Origin: Candidatus Moraniibacteriota bacterium
GTDB lineage: Bacteria; Patescibacteriota; Minisyncoccia; Moranbacterales; UBA1568
NCBI GenBank assembly: GCA_052034935.1
Contig: JBPOIB010000004.1
Span: forward strand, 9,896 to 73,895
Direction of reading: 5' to 3'
DNA: 64,000 bases
A model generated the notes under the pieces. The model saw only the letters and a list, made by a program, of their open reading frames with translations. It did no database searches and was not told the origin of the DNA. The position numbers and the translations under genes are program-made. Every line of letters begins with the position of its first letter. Position 1 is the stretch's first letter. Below, piece after piece: positions 1-9,516 of the stretch.

Positions 1-973
1 CGGTATCCCGAGCCACCACAAGCACGAACGGTCGCACAAGACGACTACCTGTATCACGAGCATAGATATCCAGAGCTACCTTGGTATCCTCATGGATGCG
101 CACACCGTCTTCCAGTTTTATGAGATCCAACTCTTTCGGGTCTCTCCTATACTGTTCAGGGTCAAAGTCACGCCGTGTAGCGACTGCCGGTTCTTTGATG
201 AAGCCGTCCTGCAAGGCTCGAGCCAGAGGATAATCGAAAACGACATTCTTGAATACAGTCCCCCTCGTATCAATCGGTGTCGCGGTTAATTCGAGTCCCA
301 ATATGGGCTTCAGCTCATTGATTGCCCGCAGTCCAGCGTCAGCCCGATAATGGTGCGATTCATCCATCAAGAGCACCAAGTCTGACAAGCCTGAAAGATA
401 GTTAAAATAAGACTCGCCGAGGTATTCCGAGAGCCGCTTGATCCGTGGCTCCCTCCCACCGCGTACTTCGGAATTAATCTTAGAGATATTAAAAATATTA
501 ATAAAGACCTTTTCTTCTCTTAAAAGCCCACCCGTAGCTACCGTTCCCTGACTATATGTATCACCAGTAACAATCACGGGTTTTTCTACGGCGAATTCGC
601 TAATCCCTCTAAAAACATATTTCGAGCTTTGCGTATTCGAAAGGTCATCGATGAGCTTGTTATAGATCGTAAGGTTCGGTGCCAAGACAAAGAAATTCTT
701 GATGCCCTTGACGATATAGAGATAGGAAATGAACGCGCCCATCAGTCGCGTTTTTCCAACACCCGTCGCCAGAGAAAAACAAACGGAAGGGAAATCTCGT
801 TCAAAATCAGCGCAAGTCGGGTAGAGCGTCCGCACTTTGGCAAGTTCGGCTACAGGATCAGCATTCTTTTTTAATTCCAAGATATCAGCCAGTTTCTCGA
901 GAATTTCCAAACTCTCTGCTTGTGGCTGACGGAGACTTAATCTGTTTTTTATCGCCTGAGCTTTAGCGTTCAT
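1..973 (-). CDS. res: Type III restriction enzyme Res subunit (DEAD-like helicase), N-terminal part, runs off the window edge
   Basis: Manual translation from ATG at 973: MNAKAQAIKNRLSLRQPQAESL...SLATGVGKTRLMGAFISYL...FFVLAPNLTIY (Walker A), later LLMDESH (Walker B). Starts 6 nt after the mod stop. Absent from the ORF track because it is open at the edge. Confidence 0.88.
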   Translation of the reverse strand, partial: MNAKAQAIKNRLSLRQPQAESLEILEKLADILELKKNADPVAELAKVRTLYPTCADFERDFPSVCFSLATGVGKTRLMGAFISYLYIVKGIKNFFVLAPNLTIYNKLIDDLSNTQSSKYVFRGISEFAVEKPVIVTGDTYSQGTVATGGLLREEKVFINIFNISKINSEVRGGREPRIKRLSEYLGESYFNYLSGLSDLVLLMDESHHYRADAGLRAINELKPILGLELTATPIDTRGTVFKNVVFDYPLARALQDGFIKEPAVATRRDFDPEQYRRDPKELDLIKLEDGVRIHEDTKVALDIYARDTGSRLVRPFVLVVARDT

Positions 974-979
974 AGTTTT

Positions 980-2671
980 TTATTCCACAATATCATTGGA
1001 TTCTTCCGCTTCCTCACTTGTGGATTGAATAATATTCAAATCATAATTATCCTCACCAAATTCACATCTCCCCAAGATCATCTGCGGGATTTTCTTGATA
1101 GTGATATTGTCGAAGCGGTTTTCGCATTCCGGTGCAAATGACTTGGCACAGATGAGTAGACTCTCACCGGCTTTCATTTCACTTTGGATCTTATCCAGCT
1201 GCTCGGCAGTAATGAAGCTGGTAGTAACGAAAACGAAGTCGGTTTCTGTTGATTTTCCGTGCTTCCAATACAACGCCTCGTCAGGGCAAAACACGAAGCC
1301 CTCATGCTTACACATCGCCGCGGCCAGCATATTGGCATTGTAGTTCTCATCGATTACGAAGTTGCCAAAAGAATCCTTTCGAAGCAAGCTTGGCGCGAGG
1401 TTGTAAAACTTGAATCCTCCCCCACCTTGCCAATTAATGGATTTTGAAATGCCAGAATTGTCCAAGCCATCAATAACAGATTTTAGACGCGGGATACAGT
1501 GCGTATTTGCATGTTCGCCCAATTCAATACCAATCCATTTTCTACTGAGTTTATTTGCTACTGATGCCGTGGTACCCGAACCCAAAAAACTGTCCAAAAC
1601 CCAATCACCGGGAGCTGTCGACATATCCAAAACTCTCTTGATTAGCAGTTCTGGTTTTTTACCATTCTTGAAATTAACATCTCCTTCAGGTGCAATTCCG
1701 GTCCACGAGATATCTGTCCATACATCTGTTATTACTTCGCCGGGCACTTTCACACCATCAACTTCTATAAGTCTTTTGTCATAAAAGAGAATTTGACCAC
1801 CATTCAAAATATAAAAATTAGACACATCCTCGTTTGGATGGACGAGGACTTTATCTTTTTCTGCAATAGATTTGTTTATTGTAACTTCACGTTTTATAGC
1901 AGCTCCGCCACCAATTGCTGCTGTTCGGAAAACATTGTCAGCATGCTTTATCGCATACTCAGCAACCTTACCATCGAAAGCTTCCTCAAGTTCCTTTTTT
2001 GCTTTCTTCGCACTTTCAAATCCTAATTCTTTAGCAACAATCTCATTAATCGAATCCCACTTCCATTCAGAATAAGGAGACTCTTTGTTTAACATCACTT
2101 TTGAATATGCTGTATCGTATCCCTTTTCAATCCAAACTTTTTCAATCGATTTGTTGGTTTTATTTTTTGCGTACACAAGTAAATAATTGCCTGTTTGAAA
2201 AATTGTTGATGCTGTTGCTTTAAATCCTGATGGATCATTTGTGGTCATGGAGATTGTATTGCAATAGTTGCTTCTACCAAACACCTGATCCAGCAAAACC
2301 TTAGCATAAGCCATCTCTGAGTCATCAAGATGCACAAAAAGAATTCCATTTGGCGACAACAGGCGATTAATTATCGCGAACCGCTCCCTCATTAAATTAA
2401 GCCAGATTGAATGTTCTACACCATCATCGTAATGCTCAAAAGCCGCACCAGTATTAAAAGGTGGATCAATATAGATGCACTTGATACGACCGGCGAAATC
2501 CTGTTCAAGAGCTTTGAGGGCGAGGAGATTGTCACCATGAATAAGCATATTTTCGCTCTCCGGATCGCCGTATGATTTGGACGAATCTTCGATGAGAATC
2601 CTCGGCTCGAGCTTCAATTCCTCGTCCTTCCCAATCCACGTCAATTCCAATTTTTGCTTCTTGTTACTCAT
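980..2671 (-). CDS. mod: Type III RM DNA methyltransferase (Mod, beta class)
   Basis: KLELTWIGK N-terminus, IHGDNLLALK, IYIDPPFNTG catalytic motif, KKPELL, DSFLGSGTT SAM-binding motif. Confidence 0.92.
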   Translation of the reverse strand: MSNKKQKLELTWIGKDEELKLEPRILIEDSSKSYGDPESENMLIHGDNLLALKALEQDFAGRIKCIYIDPPFNTGAAFEHYDDGVEHSIWLNLMRERFAIINRLLSPNGILFVHLDDSEMAYAKVLLDQVFGRSNYCNTISMTTNDPSGFKATASTIFQTGNYLLVYAKNKTNKSIEKVWIEKGYDTAYSKVMLNKESPYSEWKWDSINEIVAKELGFESAKKAKKELEEAFDGKVAEYAIKHADNVFRTAAIGGGAAIKREVTINKSIAEKDKVLVHPNEDVSNFYILNGGQILFYDKRLIEVDGVKVPGEVITDVWTDISWTGIAPEGDVNFKNGKKPELLIKRVLDMSTAPGDWVLDSFLGSGTTASVANKLSRKWIGIELGEHANTHCIPRLKSVIDGLDNSGISKSINWQGGGGFKFYNLAPSLLRKDSFGNFVIDENYNANMLAAAMCKHEGFVFCPDEALYWKHGKSTETDFVFVTTSFITAEQLDKIQSEMKAGESLLICAKSFAPECENRFDNITIKKIPQMILGRCEFGEDNYDLNIIQSTSEEAEESNDIVE

Positions 2672-2675
2672 AGTT

Positions 2676-5618
2676 TTATACGACTTTCCATCTGATAGTA
2701 AATAACGTCTTCAAAGTAGTTTTCTGTTTGAGTTGTGCCTCTACTCTCGCCAGCAAACCCTCTTTTTTCACGTCCACCTCATCTTGTGACTGATAGAGCT
2801 TCTGTCTCATATCGTTGCGCTTCTTCTCCAGGTCCTTGATTTCCCGTTGAAGCCTCACTTTTTCCGCTAAGTAAAGAACTTTCTTGGCATTCGTCTTCAT
2901 AGTCTTTATATCGATGTCGAGCTGTCGGAGTTCGATTTCTAAGCTTCTTTTCACATCCTCTGCCCATTTATTCAGCTTATCCATTTCATCTTCAAAAAAA
3001 TCGCCATTGCGGTCAGCAACATTCGCCGTCAAGATATTTATTTTCTCTGCTTCTTTTTCTTGGGTAACATCATTTTGTGTCTGTCCACTCAGATCATCTA
3101 CGTTAGCACTCAATAAAAAGAGTTTTCTGGCGACATCCTCCTCGATCAGCTCACCGTCGTCCTTGACTCCGGTTACCAGGATGCTATCTTCTATCTCAAA
3201 AGAATCAATGGTCACTTGCGACACCCGCAAAGTACCGGAATCTCCAACTAGTTCTTTGAGCGGTGAAATTATTTTCCCGTAGTGCGAGTAATCAAAGATA
3301 AGCTCAACGACCGGAAGATTCGCGCTTTTCACTTCGCTCAGAATGCGCTCCGCAAGCGGATGCCCAGGCCGATAAATATGAGCATCGTCGATGTTCTTGC
3401 CAATCTTGTAGGGACCCTCGGCGATATCTTCCCCAGGAAACGGATTAGTTTTCAATGTAAATGAGTACTCGTCTCCTGCATACAGAGCGTCATCACCCAG
3501 GAAATACTTGGAAATATCCCAAAGCATTTTTTCGTACGTCTCGAGATAAGCCCTGCTCTCCCGTAAGTTTATCTTCAATTTTTCGTGCACATCTTCGTCG
3601 AAGTTCTCCAAAAGCTTTTCTTTGGCGCCCTGCATCCCCTCCTGAATGGATGCACCCATATCCGTCTGCAGGGCATCGAAAGCTTGATTAATTTCCCCCT
3701 CAGTGCGACAAGACTGGTATATGGCTGCTATGCGCTTTTCAAAATCTACTCCTGATTCGATACTCCCGAGCACTTCATCGCTCGCTCCAAAAACACCTTT
3801 AAAAAGCTTGAATTTCTGGTCTAAGAGCTCGTATACCCGCTGATCGGCCGCATTCTTTCGATTCACAAAGTTTACCACTACCACATCGTGCTTTTGGCCA
3901 TAGCGGTGGCAACGTCCGATACGCTGCTCGATACGCTGAGGATTCCAAGGAAGGTCGTAATTGATAACCAGCGAACAGAATTGGAGGTTGATACCTTCAG
4001 CAGCTGCCTCTGTCGCAATCATGATTTCAGCATCAGATTTGAAGTAGTCTACCAATGCTGCTCGCAAATCAGCTGTTTTCGATCCGCTTATCTTGTCACC
4101 ATCCTGGTTCTTTTCAAGCCAATCCTTATAAATATCTTTCGATTTCTGATCATTGTTTGAACCATTGAAAAGCAGAATTTTTCCTTCGTACCCGCTCTCT
4201 GAAAGCAATCTCCAGAGATAGTCCTGAGTCACTCTCGATTCCGTAAAAATAACTGCTTTCTTCTGTGCTCCAAGAGTCGCTGTCATCTCGAATCCCTTCT
4301 CAAGGGCAATGAGCAAGGCCTCTCCTTTGGAATTCTTAAAAATAGCTTTCGCAAGGTCTCTGAATGCTTCCAGATCCTTTTTTTCAGCCTGAATACGAGG
4401 GATATCTTCGAGAGTGTACTTCTTCTTTTCTTTCCCTTCTTTTTCATCATCTATCTCTTCGTCATCAATCCACTCGTCTGCCGTATCCGAAAGAGCTTCA
4501 TAATTTTCTTCCAGCCCTGGGATAACCCCTTCATTCATGATGGCAGATTCTGCCCTAATTTCTTCCTCAAGTTTTTCCAGCTTATAAACAAGCCCCCCCA
4601 AAGTACTCGCAATCGCAAAAGAAGACGAGGCCAGGAGCTTGCGCAAAATGAGCGTCATGAGCTGACGCTGGCTGAAAGGCAACGCGTACAACTTCTCCCG
4701 TTGGAGGTACTCCGACATGCCGTCATACAGTTCGATTTCTTGTTCTGTTGGAACATAGTCCTGAGTAATCGGCTTGCGATCACGGTAGTTGATATATTCC
4801 AATACTTGTCGACGAAGCGTACGAATACATATCGGCTTCAGCCGGTTACGCAAATCAGCAAACATTTCTTGTCGAGGCTCAACAAGACCGAGCTCGTTTT
4901 CGTAAATATCTTGCTCCCGAGAAACCCGAGCGTAGTTTGCCTTAAAACTGCTCAAGTCGCCGAAAATATGATCATCAATAATGCTCGTAAGCCCATAAAG
5001 CTCAAGTAAAGAATTCTGAAGCGGAGTAGCCGTAAGTAACAACTTCGGGTATTCCTGAATAGCATCTTTGATTTCTCTGGCGATCTTATTGCTCGTTTTA
5101 TAAACATTTCGTAACCGATGGGCTTCATCGATAACCACCAGATCAAATGCCGTTTGTTTGATATAGGGAGACTTCGCTTTCGCAAAATGATACGAGCAGA
5201 TGGCGATAGCGTTCTCTTGGTTGAACGGGTTCAGATTCCCGTCTTTGACGATTTGATTGAACGACTTTGCTTCTAAAATTATTGATGGCAAAAAAAACTT
5301 CTCTTGAAGCTCAGAATTCCATTGCTTGCGCAAACTTGATGGCACGATCAAAAGAATACGACGTTTTCTTTCTGCCCACTTCTGTGAAAGCACCAGTCCA
5401 GCCTCAATGGTCTTTCCCAAACCGACCTCATCCGCCAAAATAGCACCCTTTGAAAGGGGTGATTTAAAAGCAAAAAGTGCTGCCTCAATCTGGTGAGGAT
5501 TAAGATCAACCTGAGCATTCGAAAGTGTCGAGGAAAGCTTCTCTAGGCTATCCGAAGAACACCGCTTCGTGAGCTCATGAGCGAAATATTTAGCGTGATA
5601 TGATGTAATTGTTTTCAT
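2676..5618 (-). CDS. SNF2/RapA-like DEAH helicase with C-terminal coiled coil
   Basis: LADEVGLGKT, VIDEAH, LTATPLQNSL, EGINLQ, YDLPWNPQRIEQRIGRCHRYGQ. Confidence 0.9.
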   Translation of the reverse strand: MKTITSYHAKYFAHELTKRCSSDSLEKLSSTLSNAQVDLNPHQIEAALFAFKSPLSKGAILADEVGLGKTIEAGLVLSQKWAERKRRILLIVPSSLRKQWNSELQEKFFLPSIILEAKSFNQIVKDGNLNPFNQENAIAICSYHFAKAKSPYIKQTAFDLVVIDEAHRLRNVYKTSNKIAREIKDAIQEYPKLLLTATPLQNSLLELYGLTSIIDDHIFGDLSSFKANYARVSREQDIYENELGLVEPRQEMFADLRNRLKPICIRTLRRQVLEYINYRDRKPITQDYVPTEQEIELYDGMSEYLQREKLYALPFSQRQLMTLILRKLLASSSFAIASTLGGLVYKLEKLEEEIRAESAIMNEGVIPGLEENYEALSDTADEWIDDEEIDDEKEGKEKKKYTLEDIPRIQAEKKDLEAFRDLAKAIFKNSKGEALLIALEKGFEMTATLGAQKKAVIFTESRVTQDYLWRLLSESGYEGKILLFNGSNNDQKSKDIYKDWLEKNQDGDKISGSKTADLRAALVDYFKSDAEIMIATEAAAEGINLQFCSLVINYDLPWNPQRIEQRIGRCHRYGQKHDVVVVNFVNRKNAADQRVYELLDQKFKLFKGVFGASDEVLGSIESGVDFEKRIAAIYQSCRTEGEINQAFDALQTDMGASIQEGMQGAKEKLLENFDEDVHEKLKINLRESRAYLETYEKMLWDISKYFLGDDALYAGDEYSFTLKTNPFPGEDIAEGPYKIGKNIDDAHIYRPGHPLAERILSEVKSANLPVVELIFDYSHYGKIISPLKELVGDSGTLRVSQVTIDSFEIEDSILVTGVKDDGELIEEDVARKLFLLSANVDDLSGQTQNDVTQEKEAEKINILTANVADRNGDFFEDEMDKLNKWAEDVKRSLEIELRQLDIDIKTMKTNAKKVLYLAEKVRLQREIKDLEKKRNDMRQKLYQSQDEVDVKKEGLLARVEAQLKQKTTLKTLFTIRWKVV

Positions 5619-5688
5619 CCACTATTTTTTCCAGCCTTTATTCAAGCCTTTTTATTGTATACCAAAGCCAAGGAATCACCCTATTTCC

Positions 5689-5720
5689 CCCCTATTAGAT
5701 AACGCAAATATCTAACAGGG
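5689..5720. repeat. Inverted repeat (CCCTATTAGATA/TATCTAACAGGG) resembling the repeat at 7732-7861
   Basis: Hairpin read directly; the right arm resembles TTTCTCACGGGG. Confidence 0.5.
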
Positions 5721-5799
5721 CAAGCTTTTACCCCATTTTCAAGCCACGGTACCACCCTTCCGAGGCTACGTGGTGAGCCACGACAGAGGAGCTTTTCGG

Positions 5800-5837
5800 G
5801 AAAAAGAAGGGGCAGGCTGAGGGAATCAGTCTGCCCG
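5800..5837 (-). terminator. Intrinsic terminator downstream of orphan 5863-6306
   Basis: Minus strand GGGCAGACTGA-ttccc-TCAGCCTGCCC followed by a T-rich tract. Confidence 0.65.
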
Positions 5838-5862
5838 ATACGAGGGGCGAGCGGTGCTCGCC

Positions 5863-6306
5863 CTACTGTGTCCGGAGATGGGAGTACTCCGGCGCCGTCA
5901 GGAGGAATTCATGGACGGCTTCGGCCACTTCCATCCCGACCAACCGGAATGAAGCCGGGATCGATTGATTGATCGAAGCGAGCTCGACGAGCTTTTCCTC
6001 GAGCCCGAAACAGCGGCTCATGACGGCCTGCACGGCCGGCGGCGTCTCGAGCGGCAAGTCAGAAAGGGCAATCTGGTGCAGCAGAGCCGCATGCTGATTG
6101 CAGGAAATGCGTTTCGCTTCGACGAGACAGTTGGCGTAGGCCGCGGCAAACATGGTCCCAAACGCGACGACGGGTCGGTCCTCGGGCGGGTCAGTCCAGA
6201 AATAGCCATGCCCCATGCAGCGCAGGCAGGTGACGAAACGGATCGAGCCAATCGGTCTGGGTTGGGTCGGATTCCGGCGCGGACGAAATCGCTGTGGCAG
6301 TCGCAT
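5863..6306 (-). CDS. Hypothetical protein, GC-rich orphan with CxxC
   Basis: 147-aa ORF; GGAGG upstream of ATG; terminator downstream. Confidence 0.6.
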   Translation of the reverse strand: MRLPQRFRPRRNPTQPRPIGSIRFVTCLRCMGHGYFWTDPPEDRPVVAFGTMFAAAYANCLVEAKRISCNQHAALLHQIALSDLPLETPPAVQAVMSRCFGLEEKLVELASINQSIPASFRLVGMEVAEAVHEFLLTAPEYSHLRTQ

Positions 6307-6457
6307 GGTGAGGTCCTCCGAAAAGTACTGCTCTCATTCTACTCCATTCTCCTCCCCGCTCGGGATTGACGTTCCAGGGAGAAAATGCCATAGTTTCTCC
6401 ATCTATTGCCGCGTGGCAGTAGTTTTTTGTCCCTCCCCCACCACCGAAAGGACTTCC

Positions 6458-7090
6458 ATGCCCCGCCAACTCTTCGTCCCGACGTTCAACGGTTCCCTCG
6501 CGGACAGTGCAGTCGGACTCTCGGATTTCTTCCTCATCCGCGAGGAATCGGCCGTGCCCGTGGAAACGTTCACGATCATTGCCGACGGTGAGCGTTTCGC
6601 CTTCCCGGTCGAAGCCGGCCGGTACAAAACGGCGCTCTTCCTCTTGTACTGCGCGACGGTCTCTCGCAGCGGGACGCACTTCGCCTTCGCGCCGTTTTTC
6701 CAGAAGTACACCGCGGGCTACTACGGCCACCAGATCCTGGTCGATGCCGCGAGGAAGGGCACCGGGCACACTGCCGTCCGCCTGCTCATGAGCCGAGGAA
6801 CGATCGACGTCGAGCTCATGCTCCGCGCCGGCTACACCCTCCCCGAGAACAAGGGGCGCACTCTCCAGGAGTTGATCGAGTTCGGCTGGCAACGCTACCC
6901 GGACCTCGGCGCGGACACTCCCGCACCGCTCATCCGCCAGGCGGTGCGCGATTTCTTGGACGCGCTGCGCGATCACGCCCTGCCGGTGGTCGCGACCGAC
7001 AACCCGAACGTGTGGCCGAGCCAGATCTGGGTGGAGCGCACCCAGGCCATGGCCGAGCGACTGAATTCCGTCACCGCCATCGCTGCCTGA
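6458..7090 (+). CDS. Hypothetical protein, GC-rich orphan
   Basis: MPRQLFVPTFNG...; AAGGA upstream; TTGACG-17-CATAGT promoter near 6367; GGGCTCGAGAG/CTCTCGAGCCC hairpin downstream. Confidence 0.7.
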   Translation: MPRQLFVPTFNGSLADSAVGLSDFFLIREESAVPVETFTIIADGERFAFPVEAGRYKTALFLLYCATVSRSGTHFAFAPFFQKYTAGYYGHQILVDAARKGTGHTAVRLLMSRGTIDVELMLRAGYTLPENKGRTLQELIEFGWQRYPDLGADTPAPLIRQAVRDFLDALRDHALPVVATDNPNVWPSQIWVERTQAMAERLNSVTAIAA

Positions 7091-7230
7091 ACCAAAACAG
7101 CTGCCACTGCCACCGGGCTCGAGAGAATCTCTCGAGCCCTCAATTTTTTCTACGTTTGATCTCAAAAAAAACGAGGTCGTCCGAAGATTTCGAACAACCT
7201 GTTGGGGCGGGCTATGGCCCGATGTTGGCG

Positions 7231-7608
7231 TCAGTGCGGACGGGTGCCAGGACTCGCTTCGCCCGAGCGGCGGGTGCGGTCACCGGTCATCCGGATGATG
7301 GCGACGACGCCTTCGCCGAGGGCCATGAGGTCATCGTCCAGTGCCGCCCGGCTGAGGGATGCCAGAGCGTCTTCTTCGAGCGCCGGGAGGCGGGCCGCGG
7401 CGATTGCCGGGGCGAGCGAGCGCGCCTGGGCATAGCTGATGCGCCGGCGCTTCATGAGGTTCACGATCATGCGGATCGCCCCCTCGGTCGAGATGACGGC
7501 TTCGGTCACTTCCTGGCCGTCGATCACGAAGCTCGCGTGACGGCGGCAATGGGGACACACCTGGAATTCGACCTTCTCGGGCCACTCAGGCTTGGTGGGA
7601 TTTCTCAT
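7231..7608 (-). CDS. Hypothetical protein with CPHC motif
   Basis: 125-aa ORF; GAGGAAGG upstream; TTGACA at 7710-7705. Confidence 0.55.
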   Translation of the reverse strand: MRNPTKPEWPEKVEFQVCPHCRRHASFVIDGQEVTEAVISTEGAIRMIVNLMKRRRISYAQARSLAPAIAAARLPALEEDALASLSRAALDDDLMALGEGVVAIIRMTGDRTRRSGEASPGTRPH

Positions 7609-7731
7609 GCTGCGCTACCTTCCTCGGTGAATAGAGAGCTTCGCTCTCTGGTTGAAGAAACGGAAAGAACTACAAAGGGAATTTTTATCAAGGAAAAGAG
7701 CAACTGTCAATCAGTGCTGCCACCATTTTTA

Positions 7732-7864
7732 TTTCTCACGGGGTTGACCCCGGTTAGAAACTTCATGTCATTCTGGTTTGAGAGAGCCATTTTTCGAAAA
7801 ACAGATTCTTTTGATTCGTGAGCGGCGAGTAATCCACACTCTTTTTTTCTCACGGGGTTGACCC
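7732..7864. repeat. TTTCTCACGGGGTTGACCC repeat pair; MITE-like unit with imperfect terminal inverted repeats
   Basis: 19-bp direct repeat at 7732-7750 and 7846-7864; ACCCCGGTTAGAAA (7747-7760) is an imperfect inverse of the second copy. Confidence 0.55.
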
Positions 7865-7886
7865 GTCATATTTGGTCCGGTATCAT
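7858..7886 (+). promoter_or_regulatory. Sigma70-type promoter TTGACC-17-TATCAT
   Basis: Exact 17-nt spacer; no convincing ORF follows. Confidence 0.6.
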
Positions 7887-7891
7887 TTAAC

Positions 7892-8079
7892 ACCTGGGTG
7901 TGCGCACACTCAACCATAGTTCCTTTTTTCAATTGCTCGTGTGGGGTGGGACTTCTGATGACTGTTTTGATCAGTCGCCGAACGAGAGACTCTCTCGCAT
8001 GCGCCCACCCCAAGGGAGCATCCTCCGATTCGTCTCCCACTCACCCTTCCGCTGATTTGTTTCAGCGCGAAGGTTTTTT
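7892..8079 (+). ncRNA. Candidate structured non-coding RNA, ~190 nt
   Basis: Lies between the promoter and a terminator; TGGGGTGGG/CCCACCCCA stem closes two inner hairpins. Confidence 0.45.
8045..8079 (+). terminator. Intrinsic terminator
   Basis: CCTTCCGCTGA-tttgtt-TCAGCGCGAAGG-TTTTTT. Confidence 0.7.
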
Positions 8080-8085
8080 CTTTTT

Positions 8086-8703
8086 TCAGGATGCAATCGG
8101 CACCATGACTTCGTGGCGCGTGAGCCACGGCGGCGTCCCCGGCGCATTGTAACCAGCATAGACCGTTGAACCGGCCGGCTTCAAGCCATCAGTTGCGAGC
8201 CGTTCGAGGAGGATATGTTCTTTCGCTTTGATCCGCTCATCGCTCCGGAAGCCGCGGAAACGGAGGACAGCATACGTCGTCTCGGGTACGGTAATAATCG
8301 TCACACGCGGATCAACAGGAAACGGCAATGACTCGGGCACGATGTCCTTCGGCATGCCGAACGCGACGATGGTCTCCCCTTCGACGAAGGTCGCGGTGAA
8401 GGATTTCTCGGGAGCATAGCCACGCTCGCTCGTCGCCATGACCGGGGCCGTCATCGCAATCTTCACGTCTTTGGTATTGGCGCCGAAGATATAGCGCGCG
8501 ACGATCCGGAAACCCTCGATCAAAGCGCGGCTCCCGAGTCCGGGAATCTTGGTCTCGGCCACGACGCGCACCGGATAGCGCCGGACTTCATAGTCGGCTA
8601 CTTTCCGTACGACGCGATACTCGGCCTGCTCGACACGCGAAGAAACATACCCCCAGGCGCTCCACAAAATGAGCACCGCACCGAGCGAGAGGAGAACGAA
8701 CAT
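8086..8703 (-). CDS. SOUL heme-binding family protein, membrane-anchored
   Basis: YEVRRYP, GFRIVARYIFGAN, KIAMTAPV, YAGYNAPGTPPW; N-terminal hydrophobic helix. Confidence 0.85.
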   Translation of the reverse strand: MFVLLSLGAVLILWSAWGYVSSRVEQAEYRVVRKVADYEVRRYPVRVVAETKIPGLGSRALIEGFRIVARYIFGANTKDVKIAMTAPVMATSERGYAPEKSFTATFVEGETIVAFGMPKDIVPESLPFPVDPRVTIITVPETTYAVLRFRGFRSDERIKAKEHILLERLATDGLKPAGSTVYAGYNAPGTPPWLTRHEVMVPIAS

Positions 8704-9050
8704 AGTTTGTATTTTGATTCGACTTGATCGATTAGCGGTCGCCGCGCTTGCCCTTGCGCTTCTGACCACCGATATTTTTAATTCCCATATTGCGCTGCTT
8801 GCCATCCATCCGGGCGGCCTGCCAGAGTGGCGGCATCACGGGCTTGAAGGCACCTTTCGGGGCCGGAGTAGGTTTTTTCGTGCTGGTCATACGGAAAATA
8901 TTAATGATGAGGTGAAGAAAGTCGCCCCTCTATCGTAGCACTAACGACCGTTTTCGTTCACTGATTGACATCGAGCCAAAAACGTGACAGGATAAATCGT
9001 TGGTTTTCGTGCCACATCTTCGTTTCCCCAACCAGAAAAAGGAGCATCCT

Positions 9051-9344
9051 TTGAGCCTTCAGACTTGTCCGGCCTGCCGTGGTCAACGCTTCATCGAAGC
9101 GCCGATCATCTCTTTTCGTTTTCTCCTCGGTCTCATCAGGCTCAACCCGAGTCTCCGAGACGCCTGTGATGAGTGTCGGGGCCAAGGAAGCATTCCTCTG
9201 ACGGAAGACCTGAGCCAGGACTGGATCGATCCCGAACAGCCGGACGGCTACCAGGATACGGCGTCGTTCGCCTACTTCAATCCTGAGCCCCAGTCCCCAG
9301 CGCTCCGCGGACCGAAACGATCACGCGAAACCGCTGCCAATTAG
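9051..9344 (+). CDS. Small protein with a DnaJ-like CxxCxG zinc-finger pair
   Basis: AAGGAG then TTG; CPACRG...CDECRGQG; TTGACA-17-CAGGAT upstream. Confidence 0.55.
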   Translation: MSLQTCPACRGQRFIEAPIISFRFLLGLIRLNPSLRDACDECRGQGSIPLTEDLSQDWIDPEQPDGYQDTASFAYFNPEPQSPALRGPKRSRETAAN

Positions 9345-9516
9345 CCGCGCTGCCACGCCAGCGACCGCCTACCCTGAGGAACCGCGCTTCCCCGGGGCTC
9401 TTTGTTTTTTATCTGCCTTGGCAGCCGGGAAGGAAAATGGTATAACCCCATCGCTAGGAACACGTTCGTTTCCAATTCCAACCACATCATCAACCCACTC
9501 CCCGAAAGGATTCACC

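Noticed and set aside
980-2671. Phase-variable mod (phasevarion)
   Set aside because: No simple-sequence repeat tract is visible in the gene or its upstream region.
6191-7821. Long alternative ORFs 6191-7165(-) and 7012-7821(+), and similar ones at 9649-10677, 14829-15962, 38291-39697, 60146-61144 and 61646-62869
   Set aside because: Antisense shadows of high-GC3 genes, with no motifs or expression signals.
7955-8000. Hammerhead ribozyme suggested by CTGATGA...GAA in a three-way junction
   Set aside because: Five extra nucleotides separate stem II from GAA, the core reads GAAC rather than GAAA, and there is no UH cleavage site.
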